A stretch of DNA of 50,000 nucleotides from Takakia lepidozioides (Eukaryota; Plantae; Bryophyta). Positions 13,091 through 24,825 of the stretch are shown one piece after another (the stretch's first letter is position 1; each line of letters starts with the position of its first letter). The notes under the pieces are model-generated. The model was given only the letters and a program-made list of their open reading frames with translations. It was not told the origin of the DNA and did no database searches. The stretch covers positions 1 through 50,000 of the forward strand of contig JAKLZA010000072.1 of the NCBI GenBank assembly GCA_030704615.1. The letters run 5' to 3'. Both the position numbers and the translations under genes were made by a program.

Positions 13091-13667
13091 TAGCTTTCGG
13101 GGGATACAATGGTCACTACAGCAATGCGGTTTGCATTTTAATCCCTTCCACATCCTTTCATCTTCTGTGTAGTCCTACCCAGCTAGATTGTATGCTTGAA
13201 ACTGATGGATGGACTGTACACCAGGTACACATCTTCAAGGCTAGTCCTGTGGAGAAGCCACGCCCGAAAATTCTGGAGTCTCCAGCAGCAGCAGCATTTT
13301 CTGTGCCACGATCTTCAACTGCACCATCACCTTCAGCAAATGGCACAACACCCTCCTCTGGAGACCAGCAAGATCTATATAAGGACCGAGGACATGCCCA
13401 TGGAGAAGCCAACAGGGGTAGCGTCTCAAATCTTCTTCCATTGAATTGTTGCTAAAATTTGGAAGGCACGGCTTTCAGCACCCACATAATGTTGTTACAT
13501 GAGTGCAGAGAACCACGGAAGAGGAGGATGCAACAAGAGAGAAGATGGTGGCAGCACTTAAAGGAAATGAGGAACTAGAGGCAGCAGCCTTAGCAGCACA
13601 TGCTGAGGCTATCAAATTGAACCGTGAATTAGCTGCTGCTCTCTCTGCTTCATCTGAATTAAAACAA
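13091..13667 (+). pseudogene. Three-exon fragment of a Kelch-repeat/class IV acyl-CoA-binding-protein-like gene (end of Kelch region and coiled coil)
   Basis: Exon-like pieces 13091-13128 (VAFGGYNGHYSNA), 13225-13417 (VHIFKASP..PKILESPAAAA) and 13509-13667 (coiled coil ..ALKGNEELEAAALAAHAEAIKLNRELAAA). They resemble ACBP4/5-type C-termini. Splice phases require a frameshift, and no flanking exons were found. Confidence 0.65.
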
Positions 13668-15039
13668 GTCTGTTACTATCTTTGAGGTTAACTCATTTGA
13701 AGGAGATTATGAGGAGGTAAATTTAAGCTTAGGAGTGACCTTCAAACTGAACTCCGCAAGTCAACTTTTGTTCATGGGTTATATATAACTAGTTATCTCT
13801 GATAAAGGGAATGAAAATGAAGTCCAAGAGGTGATAGGAAGAGATGGACCATTCTTATATATGCTGAAGATTGCTTGTTGCGTGCTAAATAAGAGTAGCA
13901 TGCATTGACATGCTCATACGGGCAGAGGTGGGAACTTGTGCATTGTGCTATCAAGAGGGGTTTGCCGTATTTCCTTATTTTTTGCTGGCACATTTTAGAG
14001 CACATCACTGCTTTCTGGTGTGGCTTGGATATCTCTCACTTTCTTGTGTATGAAACTGCATTGTCAAGTTAACCGGCAGCTTACATGAACATTATCAGGT
14101 CTCTCATGGAGATTGTGTTGTGTTTTGACATTACTGTAGGTTAGCCACCGAAGGGTCAGTTAGATTTGTAATATTGTATTGGCCTACAAGGGAAAAAAGT
14201 TGTTTTCTACCCTTGATAAAGGCATATATATCTAGATTAAGACATATGTTTAGTACTTGGATCTGCTTAAAGAACGCACCTGATTGTGACTGAAAGGTAG
14301 TAGCGAGCAGTGGATATCTTGAACCCACCGTACACCATGATCTTTGTGTTGTAGTGACTAAAAAGTGTTGTGTGTTATTGCTAAGTGTCAATCTCATGTT
14401 GTTCTATTGGCTGATGCTTTGATAATGACTTACCAGGCATTTCTGAAACATTGGTTTTGAACATGGCCACCTTGGCATGGTCTGTAGTAGCTACTGCACA
14501 GGGCAGAACAGCTATTGCCAGTGAGGTTAGTTGCATCGCTTTTAAATGCTCTGGTAGCGAGTTGGTAGGATGTGGAAAGGGTGTGGTACAAGTATCTTCC
14601 AGCATAAACCTTGAGGATATGTGCTTGTACAACAAGCCCATTTGCAAGTTAGGCAATGTGGGTGTCTGAGAAGTGATGTGACGTACTTTCAGCTTTTCAT
14701 GTTCATTCGCTATCAAAAGATGAAGTCAAGGGTTTATAAAATCCACTCCATGAGTTCAACTTATGAATATTTGTCATGTTCATATAAAAGAAGCTATGTA
14801 TGCCCAAAGTGAACCTTGGTTTTGTTGTGGGCCACTGACAGGGCTTGAGTATTGTGGCTGCTGATGTTTCTGGCAGCGCTATTCGTGTCTATCTCTTCAT
14901 TGTGTCGTTGGCCATGATTTCATTCCGCTTTCAATCCATGACCACAGCTTCTGAAAGAGGATCAAGAGAGGGAGTCCACAATGCCTCTTCTGGCACTTCT
15001 GGGCATGTGAAGATGCTTTGCGGCATGCAGACTAACAGA

Positions 15040-15660
15040 GGCGCTACAAACTTTAAACCAATGAGGCATTTCAGCAGATTCTGGTACGTATGTTTGTCTC
15101 TTGCTTAAGTGCATCAAGATGGAAGGTCTGGAAGCTAGAAAGCAGGTGCACACTCACATAATTCAAAGTGGATTCACGCCAAATGTTTTTATACTCAACA
15201 CCCTTGTCTCCATGTATTCCACGTGATCAAAGATCGTTGAGGCATTCTGTTGAACACTTGGTGAGCATCCATGATGCTCCCGCACTTAATATATAATGTT
15301 GGCAGGAGTTACCAAGCATGGGTGTGGTAGGAATGCTTTGGAGACCTATGAGCAATTGCTGCGCGAAGGGGTGAAACCCAACCACATCACATTTGTTTGT
15401 AATGCATGTGCAAGCCTGGGAGCTCTGGAAAAAGGCAAAGAGGTCCATGGTGACATCGTCAAATCTGGAATTTTACCCGATTGCATTCTGAACACTGCCC
15501 TGGTGGACTGCATGTATGCCAAATGTGGGTGCATCGAGGATGCAAAGGAAGTATTCGACAGTATGGCTGAACGAGATGTGGTGTCATGGAGTTTGATGAT
15601 TGGAGGATATGCACAACAAGGGCGCGGATGGAGGCTTTAGAGACCTATGAGCAATGATGT
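15040..15660 (+). pseudogene. Degenerate PLS-PPR fragment
   Basis: CIKMEGLEARKQVHTHIIQSGFTPNVFILNTLVSMYST*, then GVKPNHITF..NACASLGALEKGKEVHGDIVKSG..MYAKCGCIEDAKEVFDSMAERDVVSWSLMIGGYAQQG, with stops and indels. Confidence 0.85.
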
Positions 15661-16047
15661 GGGAAGGGGTGATTCCCCGTGGAAAAATAGCTCCAAGAAA
15701 CCTGCATGGGTAGATGGTCAACTGGAAGCCGCAGCAGCGGCACAATTGATAAAATCAGGCAATGCTAATCAAGGCACCTTCTTCAACACATTTCACTCTG
15801 TTTTCCTCTCTTATCAGAATCGCCCTAAATTTTCAAAATTCTGCAAGTTAGCTGGTTGAGTGAACCTTTGATAGTTTGGAGTGACTTTGACATGATACTG
15901 CCAAAGTGACAATAGGAAAGTATCCAGAAATAGATAGTACGATGTACTCAATCTGTGCAAATTTGTATACCAAGGCAGAACTGGTAGCAATAATGGTGTC
16001 ATCCACGCATATCGCTATGACCACAAATCAATTGCATATCAAACAAT

Positions 16048-17700
16048 TTAACCACTTATATGCTCTTCAATGCCTGATACAGAGAGAACTTCAGTACTGT
16101 CTACGACATGAGATTCTAGTGATCGAGAAGAGTGCGATTCTACTTTATACAAACTATTCTTTGGGTCCCTATTACCACTGAGTCTAATCGTGTGTGGAGA
16201 TTTTGAGTCTATAAAAATACATTTTCTAGAACTAAAAATTCCTAAGTGACCTGAATCTGTCAAGGCACCTACAGAAATCAGATTTTTATTAACTCCAGGC
16301 ACGTAGAGAACATCAATTATCTTTTTTATTGCTCCATTTGAAAGCTGCAGGTTGGCATGGCCTTTGCCTGCCACATTGTGATGTTGTCCCCCAGTTGATC
16401 TCACGGTGTTTGTACGAGTTGGTATTACTACGTTCTGTAGCAGGGACTTGTCCCCAGAGATATGTCTACTAGCTCCCGAGTCTACGTACCAATCAGACTC
16501 TTTCCCTACGTCCATGGAAGTTAATGCGACTTCTAGCATATGAACTGAGTCGGCAATATCATCATCCTCAGGGTCAGAGCCGTCTTGATCACTTTGATCA
16601 TCTTCAATCATGTTGGATTGATGTGTGGAGCGAATCTTGAGGACTTCCTCATATGGCATAGCGCAGTTTCGAGCCCAGTGGTCGGGCTTGCCGCATCTGT
16701 TGCAGCAAGATGTGGATTTCTTGATGTGAAAGTTTCCGTGACTGGCCCCTCCTTCCTTTTGATGAAATTTCTTGAACTTCACCCAAAGTGCCTCATCCTC
16801 GTCACTGGTCTTCTTGCTCTTGAGCTCTCGTCGGGATTCTTCATACAACAGCATCCCAGAAAGTTCTTCGAAATCCAGCAATTCTTCTTTGTAAGCAATC
16901 ATGATTGATTGAGTGTAATGCTCGTATGAATCTGGAAGGGCATTCAGTACCATCTCTGAAAGAACATCATTCTCTATGGTCTCTCCAAAACAAGCAAGTT
17001 GATTCACCAAGTCAGTGACTGTGCCTAGAAAAGATTCCATGGAAGTGTCATCATCTTTTTTGAGAAGAGATAATTTCTTTCTGATGTTGAGCCTTCTAGA
17101 GTTAGATTTGACCTCAAACACCTTTGCTAGATGATCTCACAGCTCCTTGGGGTCAGTTATACGACTCACTGAGGGGATAAGTCTGTCACACAGAGTGTCC
17201 CGAATAAACGACAAGGCTTTCCTCTGTTGTTTCTCAAACAATTCTTCATTGTCCTCAGTTACTTCAAACTTGGAATCAAGAACATGAGAAATGTCATCTC
17301 TCATCAGACAATTCTTAACCTTGAAACTCCATACAGCATAGTTAGATCTACCAACTAGCTTGTTTTGTTCAGAGAATCATAATCCCATATTCTCCCCGTT
17401 AGTAGTCATCGTGATTGAGAAGAAGAACAAAAAGAAAGAAAAGAAACACTATCTCTGTTAGTGATGCATGTGTAGAAAGAGATTTTGCAACGTTAGTAGC
17501 AGAGGATTAATCGACAACCAAATAGTCGCAGGTTAGTACAGAAGCAGTCAGATGGAGCAGTGCTCACAACAGATTCAAGATAAAAAAAACAACTCAAAAG
17601 ATATCAGTACGGTGGAGCAAGGCTGCACACCAAGACAAACACACATAAATCTTCCTAGTGATTCTAACTTCCCAAGGTCTTCCCCCTAGCTCTGATACCA
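16048..17700 (-). mobile_element. Ty1/copia 5' half (PBS, gag, zinc knuckle, protease), truncated before the integrase core
   Basis: PBS TGGTATCAGAGC at 17700-17689. gag starts ~17409 with stops. Motifs LNALPDSYE, CNRCGKPDHWARNC, WYVDSGASRHI, VLYVPGVNKNLISVG. Confidence 0.93.
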
Positions 17701-17984
17701 TGTTGAACTCACGAGTACTATTGCAGAGGATCCATTGGATCTGAATACAAAGAGAGCAGGAACTAACCTATTTACCTACATGACCATGGCCCAAAGTCAA
17801 CAACCATGAAGGCAAAGTAATCTAACTATGGGATAGAAACATAACAGTTTCGGTGCAAGTTTCGGTGCATGCTGTCGGTGCCATAAAGCTCTGATACTTA
17901 AGGGAGGACTGATCTATGTGTATACTCTAGAATTAGCAAAGCCTATCTTTAACATAAAGCTAACAAGATGATAATATTCCAACA
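17701..17984. repeat. LTR segment flanked by a PBS on each side
   Basis: Segment reads TGTTGA...CCAACA. A minus-strand PBS abuts 17701 and a plus-strand PBS TGGCATCGGAGC abuts 17984. Confidence 0.75.
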
Positions 17985-18392
17985 TGGCATCGGAGCCTGA
18001 GGGCCTAGTATCAATATAATCTCTAGCCTACCTAAAGAGATAGGTAGTTTATAACTTGATGAACTACCAATAGATAAGAAACTCACAATGTATTTAAGAA
18101 GAGTCGATAGTATTTGGATGGGAGAACTCACAAAACTATTCGAAGTAGCAGTGAGGCAATACACAGTGAGGTAGTACACTTATTCTTACAGAGAGAAAAG
18201 TGTAGTTATGTGGTCTGATTGGAGCGAGGTCTATGCTCACTTGAGAAGTGACTATTGAGATGTATTGAGATAGAGAAAAGATATTCACATGGCTCAAAAG
18301 GTAGACATCAGTCACATTCCCAAATTTCATGGGAATTACTTCCATGTGTGGAAGCATAGGCTGACGCTATTAATGAAGGCGGAAAAATTGTG
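17985..18392 (+). mobile_element. Ty1/copia 5' stub: PBS, leader and gag N-terminus, interrupted by a LINE
   Basis: PBS 17985-17996. MAQKVDISHIPKFHGNYFHVWKHRLTLLMKAEKLW from 18289 matches the copia gag N-terminal (DUF4219-like) pattern. Confidence 0.8.
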
Positions 18393-20103
18393 GGTTACCA
18401 ATATGCTCGAAACGATGGGCTCCCTGGGATGTGCAGCCAACGTTAGCCACTTCTCTCACATATGGGAAAATGGAGCGCTCCTCAGCAGATCTATAGCCAC
18501 CCCCAGCCTCTCATCCAGGAGATCCATTGCAGGCTGGGACTTGCTCGTTCAAGATCTGCCTTCAGACTGGATTTCCCTAGGTTCCTTTACTGTCAACATC
18601 AGATCCCTGCCAGCTTGGATGGGATGCAAAGTGCAGTTAGGGTTGATTGCCCTTTAAGCTACTTCAAGATCTGGAGACCTCCTCCACGGTGGAGCTTCCA
18701 GGTTATGGAATCGGGCACTCTTTTCTCTCTTGTGCAATGTCATCTTCAAGAGAATCTTTGTTATGCCTTGGCGGGTTATTTGCATGGCGATAGGAGAGGC
18801 CAACCCTTCGTTGGATCAGGGCAGACACACTAACCCGTTTCTTAATTGGTTCCTTCGTGCTCCAATTTCTCTCCTGCAATTCGATCCAGGCGAATGGTCC
18901 TGGAAGGACAAAAAACATACCCCTTTTTTCAAATATACGGTGAAACTTGGGGCTTCCATTCTCAAGCCCTCCTCTCCTTTGGATTCCAAATGGACCCTGA
19001 AATGGTCTCACCTCACTGATTGCCCTTCTTCCTAGTCTTGTGTTTGGAAGGATGTTTGGAGAAAAGATAGGGCTTCCAAAATCAGTGGCTTCTTATGGAA
19101 ATTGGTCAATAGAATCCTTCCTATGAAGGCCCACTTCTCCGATGGCTCCTTGATTTGTGAATCTTTTAGGTTGCAGGCTTCAGAATCCATAGAGCACTAT
19201 CTCTTCGAATGCCGTATAGCGGCAGCTGTTTGGGTGCAAATTTTGGCTTTCTATAGTCAATGGAAACATATTCCCATGCCTTGCCCGTCCATTCTGCTTC
19301 TCAATTTCTCTAGTGGTCATTTATGGACGGATTGCCCTGTCTGGGCTGCACTAAGAACCCATACCTTATGGCAAATCTGGAAGGCTAGATGTGCCAATGT
19401 CTTTGTCGCAAGATCATGCAGTGTAAGAGTGATTCTTTGTGTGGGTCACTCAGACCTGTTGTCTGAGGCCCGCAAGGCGTGGCGGGTGTTGGGGGTAGCT
19501 CTTCGCAGGTGTGACGGCAGAAGAGGGAGTCAACTTCTCGCCAACTTCAACAACACTTGGGAAGGGAGCCACCATCTGCTCTAGAGACCCAACGGGGACT
19601 GGAATTTGCTGGAACGACTCCATCCCTCCAAGCTGGGAGCTCCTTTAGCTCCCATCCTTCACCAGCTGAGATAGAAGAATTGGAAGTGAATTGGAGACAC
19701 CTGCGTTCTCTTAGGAAAACCAGATCTAGGACCCAGCTATCTTTTGTTCCTTTCAAAAGAAAACGCGGGAGTTATTGACTGTTTGCTGCTTTTAGGCTAT
19801 CTGCTTTCGCCCTATGCTTCTGCCGTTGGTTCTCGTTGGGTGGCTCTTATGGTTACATGACAGATTCCTCACCTGATAACCTTAAATCTCTTTGTCTCTC
19901 TTCCTTGGGATCGCAGAACATTCAGTCTGCTTTCTTCGCTTTTCCTTGTAGTTGGTCACGAAGCGGTCCTGGATTAGCCTCCATGGCACTTTTGAGAGAG
20001 GTTATTTTTTCCTCTTGGTAACTTCCTGGACACTTCGTCCCCATGATATAAAGTTTCAGGGCTATCATCCCCTTTCTAAATTAAAAAATAATAAAATAAA
20101 AAT
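18393..20103 (+). mobile_element. 5'-truncated L1-type LINE (zf-RVT region, 3' UTR, A-rich tail)
   Basis: WKDVWRK..SKISGFLWKLVNRILP..ICESF..ESIEHYLFECRIAAAVW..LWQIWKARCANVF. Tail AAATTAAAAAATAATAAAATAAAAA ends at ~20103. Confidence 0.85.
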
Positions 20104-20129
20104 CTCCTCATGTGCCCACCATATACTAA

Positions 20130-20488
20130 GAGCATGCCCAACAGAGGCTCACTAAACTGCCGCCCTATCACTATGCTCGTGAGGCATATGGTGAGGCAGA
20201 CAAGTTAGATAGCACGTCGGCTGGCAAGAGCCCCAACACCAACGCACCATAACCGAAGGGGAGAAATGGCGCACGCTGAACCCTGGCCCCCGCCGCCTGC
20301 CCTGCCACCCGTCGTTACGTGTGAGGCTGAGCGGTAGGTAAGGGGGGACAATGCCACACACCAAAGGGCAGGAAGATAGCGCGGGAGCCAGACAATTTTT
20401 GGTGAGGCTCACCATTTTGAAGCGCGTGAAGGCTTGGCGGCTGCGCTATGTTGATGATAGCCCGCTAGATAGAGCACCTGGCATGCTC
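20130..20488. mobile_element. Tourist-like (PIF/Harbinger) MITE, 359 bp
   Basis: TIR GAGCATGCC / GGCATGCTC with a TAA TSD on both sides. Confidence 0.8.
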
Positions 20489-21418
20489 TAAACCTCCACT
20501 TAGGCTCCAAATTTACCTTTTTTAGTGGGGCCCCGCTTGGTAGCAGTGCCCACCAAAATGAGATGGAGGCAAAAGCAACCTGTAAAATGTAGCCGTTCCC
20601 CTCTTTATATACCCTCTCAAGGTTGTGGTGGAGGCTTCTAGAAGGGCCCAACCGCCTCATCCCCACCTTCTCATTGTGCTTGTGGAAAGTTCCAGAACTA
20701 GAAGGAGGGCCCACCTCCTACTTCTATTCCTAGACTTCACACGTGGCCTCACATTCCAAGATAGGTATCCTCTCTCCCTATTGGCTGCTCCAATCCTCTC
20801 CCTTTTTTTGACCTTCAAGAATAGCCCCTGTCAGAATTTGGGACCCTTATCTATTGACGCTAACTTGGGTTGCCCTCATATATATATATATAGAGAGAGA
20901 GAGAATCGTCTCAAATCTCGTTGTCCATGTGGGCCCATTTGTATTGCCGTCTTCTCCAAGACATTTCTCCCCTGAAGTTGCCGAGTGAGTCCCCATGTCT
21001 CACACCGGCATCTCCGGGCGTTCACAATGACACCTCGCCTGACTTTGAGGATATCCGAGCACACGGTCAACAAAGATCTTGACAATGGCCTGCACAATAC
21101 CCCCCAAATTTTGCAGGTCTGGGGTATCTCCCTGCTCGATCTATCCTTCGTTGTCGTACTTCTTACTTGAAAATAATTCCAAGCTGTTGCATTGTCACAA
21201 GTATGTGACGTCGTGTATGATCTTCATGCATTGAAGTACGTAAAGTCCGCTTCATTGTCATACATACAATGAATGTCTCCAGGCGACCTTCTATGAAATT
21301 CCTACATGATTTCTGCCCCATATAATAGGAGAGGAAGGCGGGTAACTTGGAAGTGGGGAATCCGTTTGTGTTTCCTGGGATCAGCTGCAGAGCTTAGCTG
21401 CGCATCGATCAGGCAGCC

Positions 21419-23008
21419 ATGGCCTTTAAAGCCCTTGTCGTGGCGCTAGCCCTGCTCTGCTTGGGTGCTGTGACAAGCGGCGCCCACAATGTTCGAAACA
21501 GTCGAGTAGATTGCCCGTCTCTGCATGAGGCGAGCAAGAGCCTCACCTTCAGGTCTCCGCCCATCGTGTTCCGTCCTGGGGACGTGAAAAACAAATTTTT
21601 CACAGTGGAGGCGCCCCCTGGTCGATTCGCCACTCGGGACTTCACTGCAGAGCTCGTGTACGAGAATGGTGAGTCTGTGCCACTTTACGATGTGTATCTC
21701 CACCACTGGGTTTTGAAGGAGTATAGCAGGGCTGAGGATGATGTCCACACAGACGCGGAATTCAAAGAGATGGTGGAGAGGGAGCCGGGTCATGCCATGT
21801 ACTCAACGTCCGATGCAAAGCTCGGCCGCAAGGTGCGGCCGGGGGTGCTTCAATATTGGGCGGAGGGTGCAGAGACCCGGCGTCTGATATCGAAGATTCC
21901 TGTTCCATACGGAGTGGAGGGAGGTAACCCTCCGGCTGGTCATAAATCTGAGTGGATCCTGAACGTGCATGGCATCGACACGAGGGGCGCTGTAGACAGA
22001 ATGGGGTGCACTGAATGCAGGTTTGTACCGAGCCACAGTTCAACATGATTCTTTTCCATAGTCGGAGTGGATTGTAAATTTCTAAAGGCTTAAATTGCTT
22101 CTTGCATTCTGTCCATGTACCCCTTCAGTTCTTAGCTACCCTTTGACTGCTTTTATCGTGACGAATTTTTTCACATGAACCATCTATGCTCCCCATGAAG
22201 GCTCGGGTGTAATCCAACAGATGGGAAATGCAGATGTGATCTATTCACCCGCGAGAATGGACGTAGTTCCTTGCCCGAGAATTACCTTGGGGGTCTCAGG
22301 TGCTGTGTTGACGAATCTCGCTGCATTTTGAAGGAAGGTTTCAATGCAGAGAAATTGGAGAGGACCATCTACTTGCAGGTAATCAGCTCACCGTACTGGT
22401 ATTTTGATCGTCCTGTACTCGCGTCCTTCTGAGAGTTAGGTTGTCTAGGCGAGTTGATAATTTGTTAATGCCTGCACCGCCGCCGGATGTTTGTCTTGCA
22501 GTATACCTGGGAATACGTAACCTGGGATGAGTGCATAGTACCTTTGAAGCAAGAAGAGCTTGATGTGACCGACAATGGAGATGGAGGGAAGACAGAATTT
22601 GATGTAGAGGGATGCAACGTCAGTGAGAATGCACTACTCATAGACGAATGTGTTGACACACGAGAAACGGTGTTTCAAGACTTGTTTCCTGATGGAGCCG
22701 AAATCATCCATGCTGTCTCTCACCTCCATGCTACAAGCCTGAATGCAACTCTCTACGGAGAAGATGGGCGGGTTATTTGCAACTCTCCTCCCATTTACGG
22801 CAGTGGCTCCACCGCTGGGAATGAGAAGGGCTACGTTGTTGGAAATGTTGCCTGTTACCCAACTTTGGGGAGTTCGACAATGAAGATAGGCAAGGGTGAG
22901 CTCCTTCGGTTTCAAGTGAAATATAGCAAGGTCGGGGGTCCGCATACTGGAGTGATGGGCCTCATGTTTCTGAAGCTAACCTCCGAGGCTCCTGTATCTG
23001 ATACCTAA
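21419..23008 (+). CDS. SURNod19 family secreted protein, copy 2, 3 exons, 417 aa
   Basis: Exons 21419-22020, 22234-22378 and 22502-23008. Same motifs and intron positions as copy 1. Introns and UTRs align to ~23390 versus ~9230. Confidence 0.93.
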
Positions 23009-24825
23009 ACTAAATCTTACTATGTAGGAAAGTGCCTTCCATCTCTGTGTGCTCTTCCATCTACAAAGTTGTGAAGAGGCAATGTATTGTGCCCATAACC
23101 GCACAGGTAGATGATAGATTTATCTTTGAACTAAGTCATCACAAGAAGCTGTCTCTCAGATTGATAACTGGGAGATATTTGATACAGTATCGACATAATT
23201 GAACCCAAGTTCAATTTAACTGTGACTGCAACAGTGGAGCTCATCTCCATTTGTCTGGTGCATCAAGGTATAATTAAGCAGAAGAAAAGTGTATTGAGAT
23301 CTTAGCCCGGAGCCACTAAAGGGAAATATTTGCTTTGATGGTGCAAAACTTTCAACCCTACAGTTGACACTTCACATTTTCTTCACACCTTCCAATTGTA
23401 CACATATTTCATGCTGCCTCATTTGGAGTACATGTTGACAAAGGCAGTGTCCAGGGTAGTGTTCATCGGACGCAGTTCCACCCTGTGGGGTTAACTATCA
23501 GTAATATGATGTGCTTGGAATCAAGTTGTGGTGGAGCATAGAGTGCAACACCATGTGCCAGTGAAAAGCTTATTACAAGGTGGTATGACCACGCTCCATA
23601 ACAGAATGAGACTTATTTGTTGACAAGCGATGATCCTGTTAACAGTTGCTTTCTCAAACAGCTTTCTGGAAACTGAGCTAAGCAGACATGTGAAAAGCTA
23701 AAGACCACCAAAATGACAGGGCTCCCTAGTTTCTTTTGATGCATAAGTGCCCTTTTGATGTTTGTTCTAAACGAGTAAGCATCAGTTACACAATGACACT
23801 AGGAGGCAACTGAGCACAACAGTGATCGGCCAATAGGAACATTTTTCCAACCAGCTCACCATTCCAGGAGTTGGCCCTGTTCAGAAGAACAAGAAAACAG
23901 TGAAGGGGAGTGAAATTCAGTCACCGTGCAACATTGGAATCAAAATTGACAAGGGTTGTAAGACAGCTGCCTTCCCAGTGGGAAAAGCTCAGACACCACA
24001 AGGCACGAAATGTCCAACAAAAATCTGGAAGGAACTAACGGATAACAGATGTGCGGTGTGACGCTCGAAGGAAGAGACACATCACAAATCCATTTAAGCC
24101 CCTAATCGAAAGACGGTGATGGCCTAAGCTTATCTACCGTGACCATTGCTATACTACTCATGAGTCATGACCACACCTTGAAGAAGCCAAACAGGACAGA
24201 AAATCAAGTTGCATCTGCAGCAACTGGCCTCACATGATGTAGGGCTACCTGCAGGCGTGCACTATCCTCAACACACAAGAGGATGCAAACTCGCAGGAGG
24301 GGTGACGCAAGAGGCAGTTTCACAATTCACGAGGTGCTGCTTTGCTTGACGGGCAATGCTCTCTTTCAACTGATCTTCTTGACGCACAGCTGCTTGAGGT
24401 GTGTAGCCAGTTGAGGTGGTCTTAGTGACAAGTTTTCTGCTTGATTTTGCTTGTCATGTCGCTCATTCCTCTTCACCACTGGTATACCAAGTTTTGGGTC
24501 TTGTAAGCAAGGCGATCACCCTTTTGAAATGCCAGAGCTTGACGAGTTTGGTGTGACGGTTGACAGGGGCGCGATGGGCATCTTGGGACAAAGACAGAAG
24601 CAAGGTGAAGCTGTTACATCCTCGAGTCCAACAGTAGACGCAGCCCTTCATGCTCGGGCCGGGTCATGTGATGCGTGGTGCGAGTTGAGACGGTGGGAAG
24701 GTGACGATTGTATCTGTAGGATAGTGGTGTCTTATCGCTCAAAGCGACTGCTGCTATTCTGCAAGGTCTTGCTTTTTCATGGTCAGGAATGGCTGCTTGT
24801 TTGATGGGGTGTGACTAGCTGCAAA

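Noticed and set aside
24451-24804. 117-aa ORF upstream of the PPR gene
   Set aside because: Non-ATG start and no recognisable motif; probably 5' UTR or promoter.
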